Assembly: GCA_034520965.1 (NCBI GenBank)
Contig: JAXHMY010000008.1
Location: forward strand, 205,005 to 269,004
Direction of reading: 5' to 3'
Length of the DNA: 64,000 nt
Source: Spirochaetia bacterium
Lineage (GTDB): Bacteria > Spirochaetota > Spirochaetia > DSM-16054 > Sediminispirochaetaceae
Part shown: positions 1-9,667 of the stretch, in pieces
Position numbering within the stretch: the stretch's first letter is position 1
Layout: each line of letters opens with the position of its first letter
The notes under the pieces: model-generated
What the model was told of the DNA's origin: nothing
Database searches by the model: none
Seen by the model: the letters and a program-made list of their open reading frames with translations, nothing else
Translations under genes and position numbers: made by a program

Positions 1-261
1 GTGCTGAAAGAGGCTTCAGTGGTGCAGCAGGGTCTCCGCGGGGCGGAGCTTGCCAAACAGACGCGACAGAATGCTGAATCAGTGAGGCAAACTGAAGAAG
101 TACCGGAGGAAAGTACACAAATACGGGAAAAGCAGTCTGAGGGAGGCGACCTCACGCATGAAGAGGCCGGAGGGGAAGAGTCTGAGCAGTCGGAAGAGAA
201 GAGGAAAAAGCACTATTTCGAGGATCCTGCCTTAGGAAAAAACATCGATATATCGGGATAA
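1..261 (+). CDS. Hypothetical protein, 3' part only (truncated by window start)
   Basis: Open frame from base 1; acidic low-complexity stretch ending in DPALGKNIDISG; stop 3 nt before next ATG. Confidence 0.6.
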   Translation: MLKEASVVQQGLRGAELAKQTRQNAESVRQTEEVPEESTQIREKQSEGGDLTHEEAGGEESEQSEEKRKKHYFEDPALGKNIDISG

Positions 262-264
262 CAT

Positions 265-864
265 ATGTATATTACTTCAATCATGGTGAGCACCGGAATA
301 AGTATAATGATAGCAGGGATAGTATATATACTGCTGGTAAAAAGAATAAACAGAGAAAAGTCGAGTACTGCAATAACAGAACAGGTAAGAAACGAAATAG
401 ATCGTATGGTTGTAGATTTGAATCAAACCGCCGACAGAAATATTGGATTGATCGAACAGCAACTCAAATCATTGACGGAGATGATTCAAGAGGCTGATCA
501 TAGGATTTCTCTACTTCAAAAACATTCGGAAAAACTGAACAGAAGCACTGATACTTATAATCAGATTCGTCCTGCCCAGATAGTGAAACCAAAGGCAACT
601 CCAGAACCAAAAGCATCACCAGCTCCACAGGCCAGTGAAGTCTCTCCACCAAATTCTCATACTGTGGATATTTCTGAGAAAATACAGCCCAGCACCTCCG
701 TTTCGGAGAGCGAGGATGCACAGGATTCAGTGACGACCTCAAAACGTGAGCGTGTAATCAACCTCCATCGACAGGGAATTTCACTTGATATTATCGCTTC
801 CAGGGTTGGTTCTACTGTAGCTGAGGTAGAGCTGATTATATCAATGACAGAGGGCCACCGATGA
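265..864 (+). CDS. Membrane-anchored coiled-coil protein with C-terminal helix-turn-helix-like domain (DUF6115/DUF2802-like, usually at the end of flagellar operons)
   Basis: N-terminal TM helix, coiled coil, Pro/Ser linker, C-terminal RQGISLDIIASRVGSTVAEVELII; stop overlaps next ATG (ATGA). Confidence 0.65.
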   Translation: MYITSIMVSTGISIMIAGIVYILLVKRINREKSSTAITEQVRNEIDRMVVDLNQTADRNIGLIEQQLKSLTEMIQEADHRISLLQKHSEKLNRSTDTYNQIRPAQIVKPKATPEPKASPAPQASEVSPPNSHTVDISEKIQPSTSVSESEDAQDSVTTSKRERVINLHRQGISLDIIASRVGSTVAEVELIISMTEGHR

Positions 865-2558
865 GCCGAATAATAGGGATAGATCTAGGCACCACAAATA
901 CTGCCGCTGCCTTTATGGATGATGATACTCCTCGTATAATACCTAATGATCGCGGTAAAATGCTAACCCCCTCAGTGGTAGCTTTAACTGATTCGGGGGA
1001 GCTTTTAGTTGGAGAAGCTGCGAAGAACCAGGCGATGGTGAATGCCGAGGGTACAATAAGTTCTATCAAGCGTCTAATCGGAAAAAAGACGGAAGTAAAA
1101 CTGCGGAATCGGTCATTTTCACCACAGGAGATAAGTGCGGAAATACTCAAAAAAGTGCGGCGGGATTGTGAAGCATATATGGGGGAGGAAATACGGGATG
1201 TTGTTATTTCGGTGCCCGCATATTTTAATGAGCTTCAGCGAAAGGCCACCCAGGAAGCTGGGCGTTTAGCAGGATTAAGAGTTCATCGCATAATCAATGA
1301 GCCCACCGCTGCTTCCCTGGCCTACGCATCTCAGATACATACTCGTAAGAATATTTTAGTGTATGATATTGGTGGTGGAACCTTTGACGCAACCGTACTT
1401 ACCAGTGATGGAAGCAATTTTGAAGTCCTGGCAAGCAACGGCAATAATCAGTTAGGCGGAATCGATTTTGATGCATTGCTGTTTCAGCAAATCTCCGAAC
1501 CCTTTAATCAGCAGGCAGGCTTTAGTGTGACTGAAGATCCATTTCTGCGTCAGCAGCTGCTCGACCAGGTTGAAAGGGCTAAAATTGAACTATCCGAAAG
1601 GGACACTGCCGCAGTCGCTCTGCCGTTTATCGATGTAGATCGTACACCGATACATCTGCACTACACTGTACAGCGGCAAGAGTTCAACAAACTCATTTAT
1701 CCGTTGATTGAAAAGACTATCGCCCTGAGCCGTGAAGCGGTTCACGATTCAAAAGTTGCGATCGATACCCTCATTTTTAGCGGCGGTTCCAGTAGAATCC
1801 CGCTCATCTCCCATTTAATGAACGAGCTCCTACAAGTACGTCCCCAGGCTAAGGTGAACCCCGATGAAGTTGTAGCCCTTGGAACAGCGGTGCACGCCTC
1901 CATACTGACCACCAATTCTACTGTGCAGCGAAGCCGGCTTCATTCACTGAAAGATGTCACTCCCTTGCCCTTAGGGGTTGAAATCGAAGGTGAAAGGTTT
2001 TTGCCGGTAGTCGAGAAGAATGCTCCCCTCCCGGCAGAAAGGAAACAGTTGTTCACCACGGTAGCCGATGGTCAGCAGAGTGTCGCGGTGCATATCCTCC
2101 AGGGAGAGAGCCAATCTGCTGTGGAAAACGTCTCTTTAGGACGTTTCCTTCTTTCCGGAATCAAAAAGATGGAGAGGGGGGCGGCAAAGATCGAGGTAGT
2201 GTTTAAGATTGATCTTGATGGATTGTTAAAGGTAGTTGCCCGGGATATAGATACCGGGATCGAAAAAAATGTCACGATCGACCGGGAAAGTGACTCCTCA
2301 AATACGGTATCCGAAGATGAACACTTCGAAAAACTCAAGAATTTGATACGTCGGACTGATACTTTAATCGAAATGGTCCCGGCGGACACCGCTCCTGCTT
2401 TTATTAAAGAGGTAAATGCAATACTTTCTGCTGCGCGTAAGGCTGCTGCGGACTCTCCAATTGAAGTACTGCGTCAGTACCAGGTTGCACTAGAAGCGGT
2501 TTTAGCCGAGATCCACGAACTTTTAAAAGAGCAGGAGGTTCAATGTGGAAGAGCTTAG
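861..2558 (+). CDS. Hsp70-family chaperone (specialised DnaK paralogue, 565 aa)
   Basis: GIDLGTTN, VPAYFN, INEPTAA, YDIGGGTFD, GGSSRIP, NPDEVVA, DVTPLPLG motifs; short lid, non-canonical linker. Confidence 0.93.
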   Translation: MSRIIGIDLGTTNTAAAFMDDDTPRIIPNDRGKMLTPSVVALTDSGELLVGEAAKNQAMVNAEGTISSIKRLIGKKTEVKLRNRSFSPQEISAEILKKVRRDCEAYMGEEIRDVVISVPAYFNELQRKATQEAGRLAGLRVHRIINEPTAASLAYASQIHTRKNILVYDIGGGTFDATVLTSDGSNFEVLASNGNNQLGGIDFDALLFQQISEPFNQQAGFSVTEDPFLRQQLLDQVERAKIELSERDTAAVALPFIDVDRTPIHLHYTVQRQEFNKLIYPLIEKTIALSREAVHDSKVAIDTLIFSGGSSRIPLISHLMNELLQVRPQAKVNPDEVVALGTAVHASILTTNSTVQRSRLHSLKDVTPLPLGVEIEGERFLPVVEKNAPLPAERKQLFTTVADGQQSVAVHILQGESQSAVENVSLGRFLLSGIKKMERGAAKIEVVFKIDLDGLLKVVARDIDTGIEKNVTIDRESDSSNTVSEDEHFEKLKNLIRRTDTLIEMVPADTAPAFIKEVNAILSAARKAAADSPIEVLRQYQVALEAVLAEIHELLKEQEVQCGRA

Positions 2559-3189
2559 GTACTACCGTGCATTAGGTCTTCCTGCAGGGGCAGATGCCGG
2601 ACAAATAAAATCTGCCTACCGGGTTCTGGCAAAAAAGTACCATCCTGATATGAGTAAAGATCCAGCTACGGGTGATGAGTTTAGAAAAGTTGCGGCCGCC
2701 TATAAAACTCTCCTCGCTCGCGAGGAGAAACGAAGTTACCTTGATTCAACTGTACGGCGTACATATAGAACGTCCCCGATACGGCCGGCCACACAGCCTT
2801 CTACGGGGGAGGCAAAAAAATCAATTTACGAGATTGGCCAACTCCTTCTGAGGGGAAAAACGGCGAGTATGCGTGCCTTTGCGGCGAGGCGTCTGGGTTT
2901 TTCTCAACAGAAAGGAGCTTATGTATATCTGCGGAAGTCTTTACAGGACCCTTCCGAGGCGGTAGTTCTTGCTGCTGTCGAGGCAATCGGCCGTCTACGG
3001 GTGAGCATCTCCGCTGAAGAGCTTGAAGCTCTGTTTGAAGGTAGTTCAAGGCCGGTAAAATTGGCAATACTCCAAACTGTCGAAATGTGTGGTACAAAAA
3101 ATGTTTTTCTCGGAATACTCGTCAAAGGAATGCAATCTTTAGACCGCAAAGTTCGCAGCAAGTCTTTGTCCCTGTTTTCACAAATTTGA
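2545..3189 (+). CDS. J-domain (DnaJ-like) protein with C-terminal HEAT repeats
   Basis: YYRALGL...IKSAYRVLAKKYHPD J-domain; HEAT-like MRAFAARRLG and LQDPSEAVVLAAVEAIGRL; AGGAGG SD before GTG. Confidence 0.88.
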   Translation: MEELRYYRALGLPAGADAGQIKSAYRVLAKKYHPDMSKDPATGDEFRKVAAAYKTLLAREEKRSYLDSTVRRTYRTSPIRPATQPSTGEAKKSIYEIGQLLLRGKTASMRAFAARRLGFSQQKGAYVYLRKSLQDPSEAVVLAAVEAIGRLRVSISAEELEALFEGSSRPVKLAILQTVEMCGTKNVFLGILVKGMQSLDRKVRSKSLSLFSQI

Positions 3190-3202
3190 AAGGAGTCTCG
3201 TA

Positions 3203-5140
3203 ATGGTAAAAGATAATCAAAACTCTCTGTTTCACTCCTTTCTGCGAGACAGCGAGGGTTTCATTAAAGGGCTCAATCGCAGTCTTCTGGCCCTGGAACA
3301 GAATCCAAGGGATCCAAGCCACATTGATGAGCTGTTTCGAAATGCTCACTCCTTAAAATCTGAAGCTGATTATCTCAATCAAACGGAAATTGCAGCTGAA
3401 GCCCATCAGATAGAAAGCGCTATACAGAATATTCGAGATCATTCTGAAGCGCCGAACCGTCGTCAATTTGATGCTTTTTTTTCCAGTGTAGATAAGGTTC
3501 AGGAGATGCTGGGCCAATTGCGACAGCATCGTATGCAAAGCAAGGGTCAAAGCAAGAACAAAGCTCAGGATGCTGCCGGGGATGAACTGCACTACAAAGC
3601 TGCGACAGGTTCAGAAAACGGGCCGAAGGGCTCCCAGGAACCCTTGATGCCGATCCTCAGTGATTTTGAGAAATCCCTGCTGCGGGAGTCAAGAAAAAGA
3701 GAGGAGCGCTTTTTCCGGGTGTATGTAGAGCTCTCGGATCAAGCTGAACTTCCATATGCCAAAGCCTACCTTATCTTGAGTAATCTGGAACAGCTGGTTC
3801 AAGTAATTCACAGGGAACCCCAATTTGGTGCGGCGGCAGAGAATGAGGACCCAAAGCGCTTTCTGCGGCTTATGTTTTTCTGTACGGGCAAGCTCCCTGA
3901 AAGTGAATTGTACCGGGCGGTAAATATTGATCAAATAAAAAAAATTAGCATCTCGCCGCTGGACTACAAAAGTGTGTTGGGTGAACAGGTTCAGAAAAGA
4001 GGCAGCCTCGATTTTACGAATGAACTGCAGGTGCACATAAACGGAGGTGATCTGGACGAGCTCAACGGCTATGTGGACGAACTGAAGATCAGGGCCCATC
4101 GCCTGAAACGTGAGCTATCCGCAAGCTTCGGCAAAGAAAGCGAGCACCTTTCCCTGTTCACTCGGCTAGTAGATGATCTTGAAGCATTTAGCCATAGAAT
4201 CAGCCTGGTACAGCTTGATGATGCCCTGCAGCCACACTACCGGCTAGTTCGTGACCTGGCAAGTTCCCTGGATAAAGAGGTTGAACTGCATCTTGAACAC
4301 TGCAATATTACCCTGGACCGCCGGGCAGCAGAGCTTATATCTGAAATTCTCGTCCACCTGGTGCGTAATGCGGTGAGTCACGGCATTGAAAAACCGATAG
4401 AGCGGGCGCAGAAGGGAAAGGCCTCTCTGGGTAGAATCACCATTGCCGCCGAAAAAGCGGATGAGCAGATCCGCATAACAGTTGCCGATGACGGTTCAGG
4501 TATTGACGAGGAAGGACTGAAACAGCAGGCTCGTAAAGCGGGTATAGAGACTGAGAGTAATGAGCTGCTTTCATATTTAGTGTATCCGGGTCTCTCAACA
4601 CTCTCTGAGGCGGACTCCCGTGCCGGTCGCGGATATGGTTTGGATTTAGTCTACCAAAAATTACAAGAGTTTGAGGGGGGAACACTGGAGGTTGCTTCCC
4701 ACCCCGGGCTTGGGACCAGTTTTATAATGACCTTGCCGGCGGGCTTTTCAATACTCTCCCTGTTGGTGATACGATATGAGAATAAATTGGTAGCAATACC
4801 GGCTAAGTATGTGGAGTCGCAGATAGAATTGAAAAGCGGCACGTTTTCCTCCGGTAAAAATGGAGAGTTATTCTGGAACGAATTACCGGTATTTAACCCG
4901 GAGGGGCAGCTTTTCTATACCGATACATATCCTCCTCAAAGCCTTGGGCTTGTCATCTCCTATCTAAAATATAAAGTCCTTGTATTAGTAGACGAGATGC
5001 TCTTTCACAAGGAAGTTGCCGAGGAGAGCATCACCCTGTATATTGCGGGCAGTCTTCATTTGCATAAGATGAGTCTGTATAATACGGAATCCGAACTCTA
5101 TTATTTGAGTCCTTCCATTGCCGTAACCGGCTCTCTATAG
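3203..5140 (+). CDS. cheA: CheA-like chemotaxis histidine kinase (HPt, P2-like, HATPase, degenerate CheW domain)
   Basis: DELFRNAHSLKS HPt; HLVRNAVSHGIE, DDGSGID, AGRGYGLDLV, GLGTSF ATPase boxes; AAGGAG SD. Confidence 0.85.
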   Translation: MVKDNQNSLFHSFLRDSEGFIKGLNRSLLALEQNPRDPSHIDELFRNAHSLKSEADYLNQTEIAAEAHQIESAIQNIRDHSEAPNRRQFDAFFSSVDKVQEMLGQLRQHRMQSKGQSKNKAQDAAGDELHYKAATGSENGPKGSQEPLMPILSDFEKSLLRESRKREERFFRVYVELSDQAELPYAKAYLILSNLEQLVQVIHREPQFGAAAENEDPKRFLRLMFFCTGKLPESELYRAVNIDQIKKISISPLDYKSVLGEQVQKRGSLDFTNELQVHINGGDLDELNGYVDELKIRAHRLKRELSASFGKESEHLSLFTRLVDDLEAFSHRISLVQLDDALQPHYRLVRDLASSLDKEVELHLEHCNITLDRRAAELISEILVHLVRNAVSHGIEKPIERAQKGKASLGRITIAAEKADEQIRITVADDGSGIDEEGLKQQARKAGIETESNELLSYLVYPGLSTLSEADSRAGRGYGLDLVYQKLQEFEGGTLEVASHPGLGTSFIMTLPAGFSILSLLVIRYENKLVAIPAKYVESQIELKSGTFSSGKNGELFWNELPVFNPEGQLFYTDTYPPQSLGLVISYLKYKVLVLVDEMLFHKEVAEESITLYIAGSLHLHKMSLYNTESELYYLSPSIAVTGSL

Positions 5141-5160
5141 TGCCTGAGCAGTGCGTGGGC

Positions 5161-5205
5161 AAAAAAAAACGGTATGCTTCTGGACGTTTCAAAAAGCATA
5201 CCGTT
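5161..5205 (-). terminator. Intrinsic terminator for the minus-strand lepB-PBP-maf transcript
   Basis: 12-bp stem AACGGTATGCTT (5168-5179)/AAGCATACCGTT (5194-5205) running into a T9 tract on the minus strand. Confidence 0.7.
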
Positions 5206-5229
5206 AAATAAATTAAAAAGGCTATTATT

Positions 5230-5297
5230 CTAATAAGAAAATAGCCGTATCCGGCTATTTTCGTCGTTTCGGTTGTCGCACAGCGGCATCCGAAACT
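5230..5297 (+). repeat. Family A 68-nt double-hairpin dispersed repeat, copy 1
   Basis: CTAATAAGAAAATAGCCGTATCCGGCTATTTTCGTCGTTTCGGTTGTCGCACAGCGGCATCCGAAACT; aligns without gaps to 36689-36756 and to the reverse complement of 51648-51715. Confidence 0.92.
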
Positions 5298-5397
5298 AGT
5301 TAATGCCCTATTTATCATTTCGGTAACAGTGAGGCATTCTTTAATAATTTTGTATAAAAAGTGCGAAAGGATTTAAGTGCTACCGGTTCTGCAGCCT

Positions 5398-7221
5398 CTA
5401 CTTGCTGTTACTAAATACTTCTATATGGAACTTCGCCGAATCTAAGAGGTGCTGATAAACCCGTTGGGAACTTTGTAGGTTTTCTTGTAGATTTTGGCTG
5501 GATGATAATTCATCTTGGATCTGCTCAAGTACGGGGTTAATCAAAAATCCGACTACATGACGGCTTGCGGAGAGCAGCAGTTTTTGATCCAGAGTATCCA
5601 GGGTATACAACGTTTCCTGGATTTTGGAGCGACTCAGCTGGTCATCGGAATAGCCTTCAACTCCGGCTATTACCCGTAAACCTTGTTGTGCAATGCTTTT
5701 CAGGCTGTGAAGTTCTTCGATAAGAGAATTGATCCGCCCCTGCAGCTGTTCTGCTCTTTTTTTTTGGTCCCGCTGCTGTTGAGCGGTATATAATTGAAGA
5801 GCGCGATCTATTTGCCGATCAATTACAGGACGGGATGGTGGGAGTTTCAGCAGCTGAGATATTGTGGCCAATTGTATCCCCGGTATTTTTACTCCCTTTG
5901 GCGAAAGGGTAAAAGTGCTGCCCGAGTCCTTTGCTATCTGTTCTTCAAACCACTGTCGATATATAATAAGCCGCCGGTCGGTTAAAGTAAGGCCGCCGCC
6001 GTAGTTTTCGTGGTAGAAGGGATCGCCGCTATGAAGGTAGTTAAAAATAAGTCCTTCGTAAGGCCTGAAGCGGTACGAGTGAGTAAACAGCAACTGTTCG
6101 AAAAAGCTGCCGCAATAGTGGGTCCGTTTTTCCGGAAAACCCAAGTCTAAACCGCTTAAATATATTTCATCGGCACCTATGTAGCGAGCAAAGTCCCAGG
6201 CGGTAGTGGTAACTGAACCACCGGCTCCCAACTTATGGGCTGCCTCATCTCCCGGCTCCAGGTATCCCCCGAGGGGAAACACCGAGCCGCTGAAAAAAAC
6301 AGCCCGGTAAGAATTTTGAAAAACCCGAGAATGAGTGGCGGATTCTGAAATAAGAATGGTTGCTTGTAAATCAAGTCCATCGAGATGGCGGGTGTTCCAG
6401 TACTGGGGGTCAACTACAAGGGTAAAGTCGGGGGTAACTCCATTGCGCAAAAGGGCTCGCAATGAGGTGTCTGTAGCGATTAAAACCATCCGTTGCTGCA
6501 GCTGCTTCAAATCGGGAAGCACTGCATCCAGAGTCGGCCCGGCCGCAATGACCAGAGCCGGTATTCCCCGAAGGAGATCCCTAAGCTGATTCAAGTTTCC
6601 AGCCATAGCCATTGTGTCCAGGTTTTGAGCGAGATTACGAATCCATCTACGTCCGAAACGCTTCACGGTGGTACTGTTCACTCTCTTTCGTGATCGCTCG
6701 GCTTCAACGATGCTGTGAGCAAGGGAGTAATAATCGGGAGCGGTCTGTGTAATCGGCAGCAGAGGGATAACCGCATGGTTTCTGCTGATCAGTGGCGAGA
6801 GAGCTGCTCTCAAATCCGTGACTCCCAGCCCAATGAGCAACGAGGTCTTTTCGTTGAACAGAGACGTATAGTCACGGGCTGTGAGGGCTTTCAGAAAAAG
6901 TTCGGGGCTCTGCTCAACAATAATTGCCTCGCCCTGGGGAAACCTGCGAAAAAACTCCTCAATTTGATAACCAAGGCCAAAACCAAAAAAGATACAGGCC
7001 GGCGTAAGAGGCTCACTATTGTTATCAAGCAGACGTGCCGCTTCCCTGCACGGATTATGCTTTGAATGGATCCATCGGCCCTCAAGTTGTGCGGTAGCTG
7101 CGTGCTGTGCCGATACGCCGATAGATAAACTTTCCGACGGATGGAATCGTGCAAAAACTTCTGTACTTAGTTTAGGAAACAGCTGTACCAGATGCCTGCG
7201 GTTCTGTTCAAAGAAGTTCAT
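5398..7221 (-). CDS. Motility-associated factor (Maf/DUF115) flagellin glycosyltransferase-family protein
   Basis: IHSKHNPCREA, FFGFGLGY, AAGPTLD, GVTPDFTLVVDPQ, GGSVTTTA, GLDLGF motifs. Confidence 0.82.
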   Translation of the reverse strand: MNFFEQNRRHLVQLFPKLSTEVFARFHPSESLSIGVSAQHAATAQLEGRWIHSKHNPCREAARLLDNNSEPLTPACIFFGFGLGYQIEEFFRRFPQGEAIIVEQSPELFLKALTARDYTSLFNEKTSLLIGLGVTDLRAALSPLISRNHAVIPLLPITQTAPDYYSLAHSIVEAERSRKRVNSTTVKRFGRRWIRNLAQNLDTMAMAGNLNQLRDLLRGIPALVIAAGPTLDAVLPDLKQLQQRMVLIATDTSLRALLRNGVTPDFTLVVDPQYWNTRHLDGLDLQATILISESATHSRVFQNSYRAVFFSGSVFPLGGYLEPGDEAAHKLGAGGSVTTTAWDFARYIGADEIYLSGLDLGFPEKRTHYCGSFFEQLLFTHSYRFRPYEGLIFNYLHSGDPFYHENYGGGLTLTDRRLIIYRQWFEEQIAKDSGSTFTLSPKGVKIPGIQLATISQLLKLPPSRPVIDRQIDRALQLYTAQQQRDQKKRAEQLQGRINSLIEELHSLKSIAQQGLRVIAGVEGYSDDQLSRSKIQETLYTLDTLDQKLLLSASRHVVGFLINPVLEQIQDELSSSQNLQENLQSSQRVYQHLLDSAKFHIEVFSNSK

Positions 7222-9089
7222 TCAAACTCCAAAATTAACTGCATGTTTTCAGTTACCGGAGTACCCGGCGGAGGGTTCTGGGACTCGACCCATCCTTCGC
7301 CTCGAAAAACAACATCAATATCTTCGTGGGAGAGCAAGGGCAGCAGACGGCGTTTGGATATTCCCCTAAGGTCAGGCAGGCTGCTTCCTATCTCAATCTG
7401 AGGCTGCTGCTTAAGTTTTATAACCCCCGAATGTCGGATAACTTCATCATTTTCGGTGGGTATCCCCATATAGGGGATCAGTTTTAGACCCAGCTCCTTG
7501 ATCATGGGGGCGGCAATTCTTCCCCCGTAAAACTCATCCCCTTGGGGAGTGTCGATTACGATATAGGTGATCAGTCTAGGATCGTCGGTCGGATAAATTG
7601 CCAAACAGGAGGCAACAAAAGAGCTTTCGGAGTAGTTCCCGGTGCGCGGATCAACTTTTTGGGCGGTACCGGTTTTGGCGGACATCCGGATACCATCGAT
7701 TCTTGCCCGGTGTGCGGTTCCACCATCGGCAGTGACAGTTTCCATCATCAAAAGAGTAGCTTCAGCAACCTCCGGCCGGACAGCCTGTCGGATAGGTTCA
7801 CGTTTGTTTTCCTGTATAATTTTCCCGTCGGGAGACACGATTTTTTTCACTATATGCGGCTGCAATAGCATTCCCCGGTTGGTGAACGCGCTCGCGGCGG
7901 TGAGCATTTGAACTGCTGTAACGGATATTTCCTGACCAATCGCAACGGTAGGTTTGGTACGCCCCGACCACCTTTCAGCTTCACTGAATATTCCCCTTGT
8001 TTCACCAGGAAAGGGTAAATGGGTTTTGCTTCCAAATCCGAATTCGGTGATTTGTCGGTGAAAATCTTCTTTACTCACCAGATCAGAGGCATAGGCAGCG
8101 CCGGCGTTGCATGAGTACTGCAGAATTTTCTGTGCATTGACTGTTCCGTGAGTTCCTAGACAGTTAATATGCACCGTCTCGGCGTTTGGAAATTCCCGTT
8201 CGTAATAGCCGTTGCAGTAAAACTCGGTATCCGGTGCCAGTGCCCCGAGTTCTAAGAGTGAGGCAATTGAGTAGATCTTAAATACCGATCCCGGTTCGTA
8301 CGCGTAAGTGATGGGGCGGTTTTTTTTAGCAAAAACATCAGTCCGGTTAAAGGTATTCGGATCAAAATCCGGTGAATTTGCCCATCCCAAAATATCTCCG
8401 TTACGGGCATCCATCACTAGGACCATCACTGAATTTGCATCGTGTTCTTCGTAGGTTTTCCGGGCAACTTCCTCAGCCATATACTGAATATTGAGGTCAA
8501 GGGTAAGAAAGAGTTGGTTGCCGTATTTTACCGGTGCGCTGTCTTCGGTTTCGGCCGGGGGGGCCAGAGTATCATTGTAGGTAAGTTCGATGCCATCCAG
8601 CCCGACATTGTCGGTACCTACAAAACCTAATACATGAGCAGCTAAATCTTGCTCAGGATAGTTACGACCGTACTCCGGTTCCAGGGAAATACCGGGCAGC
8701 TTGCGGGCGGCAATCAGCCTTTGCACTTTCTCATGGGTGCTGGGTGAGACTTTTCGTTTGATGTACAAAAAGCCTCGACTCTGCTCAATACGGCGTTTAA
8801 GCATTTCAGTGTCAAGTTTAAGAAGAGGGGCCAAAGTTTCGGCAGTATACGCAGGATTTTCTATGTTTGGAACCCAGGCGGTAACGGAGAACAGCCGGGT
8901 CTGCATAGCTAAGATGCGACCGTTTCTATCCAGAATCGGACCACGTTCAGATGAAGTCTGAACGGTCCGTTCAGGTGCTGCTTTATCCGGTTCTAATACC
9001 ATCACTTTAAAATATTGAGCAACCAGCAGAAGCACGAATACTGTAAAAAAAATTATAACTATTCCGAATCTTCTAGTAGCTTTCGACAT
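7218..9089 (-). CDS. Class B penicillin-binding protein (FtsI-like transpeptidase) with C-terminal PASTA domain
   Basis: RGPILDRNG, catalytic SVFK, SCN and KTG motifs; C-terminal SQNPPPGT PASTA signature; N-terminal TM. Confidence 0.92.
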   Translation of the reverse strand: MSKATRRFGIVIIFFTVFVLLLVAQYFKVMVLEPDKAAPERTVQTSSERGPILDRNGRILAMQTRLFSVTAWVPNIENPAYTAETLAPLLKLDTEMLKRRIEQSRGFLYIKRKVSPSTHEKVQRLIAARKLPGISLEPEYGRNYPEQDLAAHVLGFVGTDNVGLDGIELTYNDTLAPPAETEDSAPVKYGNQLFLTLDLNIQYMAEEVARKTYEEHDANSVMVLVMDARNGDILGWANSPDFDPNTFNRTDVFAKKNRPITYAYEPGSVFKIYSIASLLELGALAPDTEFYCNGYYEREFPNAETVHINCLGTHGTVNAQKILQYSCNAGAAYASDLVSKEDFHRQITEFGFGSKTHLPFPGETRGIFSEAERWSGRTKPTVAIGQEISVTAVQMLTAASAFTNRGMLLQPHIVKKIVSPDGKIIQENKREPIRQAVRPEVAEATLLMMETVTADGGTAHRARIDGIRMSAKTGTAQKVDPRTGNYSESSFVASCLAIYPTDDPRLITYIVIDTPQGDEFYGGRIAAPMIKELGLKLIPYMGIPTENDEVIRHSGVIKLKQQPQIEIGSSLPDLRGISKRRLLPLLSHEDIDVVFRGEGWVESQNPPPGTPVTENMQLILEFE

Positions 9090-9103
9090 ATTGTTTTGCC
9101 CGC

Positions 9104-9595
9104 CTAGTTATATCCCATTACCCGCCCCTCTATGCGACTTACATCTATAAGCCCATAATAACGGGAGTCCAGGGACACCTTACGGTTATCCCCGAGGAGA
9201 AATACTTTTCCCTCAGGTATCGCCTCCAAATTCAAAAGTTCAGTTGCATGAATTTCACTGATCGGAATGTGTATGTTACCAATTATAAACATATTTTCCT
9301 CACGCTGCACTGCTGTTCCAGCGGCTCCAACACAGCGTTTTACTACTGGAAGAGAGTGAGCCGGTTCTCTGAAGAATACAAGCTCATGCTGTTTAATTCT
9401 ACCCCACCGAATAATATATCCTTTGCTCCAAGGCAGTCTGGCCCCATACGCCCAGCGATATATAAAAATTGTCTGGTCTGACCTCAAAGTTGGAAACATA
9501 GAGTCCCCATCGATATACTTTACATCATAAAGTGAGATTGCTGCAAAGCAGACTCCAAGGGCTATAAGTACTATGTGTGTAAAGGGTGATTTCAT
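9104..9595 (-). CDS. lepB: Signal peptidase I
   Basis: GDSMFPTL (catalytic Ser), VKRCVG (Lys), LGDNRKVSLDSRYYG. Confidence 0.9.
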   Translation of the reverse strand: MKSPFTHIVLIALGVCFAAISLYDVKYIDGDSMFPTLRSDQTIFIYRWAYGARLPWSKGYIIRWGRIKQHELVFFREPAHSLPVVKRCVGAAGTAVQREENMFIIGNIHIPISEIHATELLNLEAIPEGKVFLLGDNRKVSLDSRYYGLIDVSRIEGRVMGYN

Positions 9596-9667
9596 AAACT
9601 GTCCTACAAAAGTGAGAACTAATATTAATATGTAAGTTCCGTTTTGTCGATATGAATATTAAGAGTT

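Noticed and set aside
861..2558. Housekeeping dnaK
   Set aside because: Short, non-canonical linker, no grpE or class A dnaJ adjacent; treated as a paralogue.
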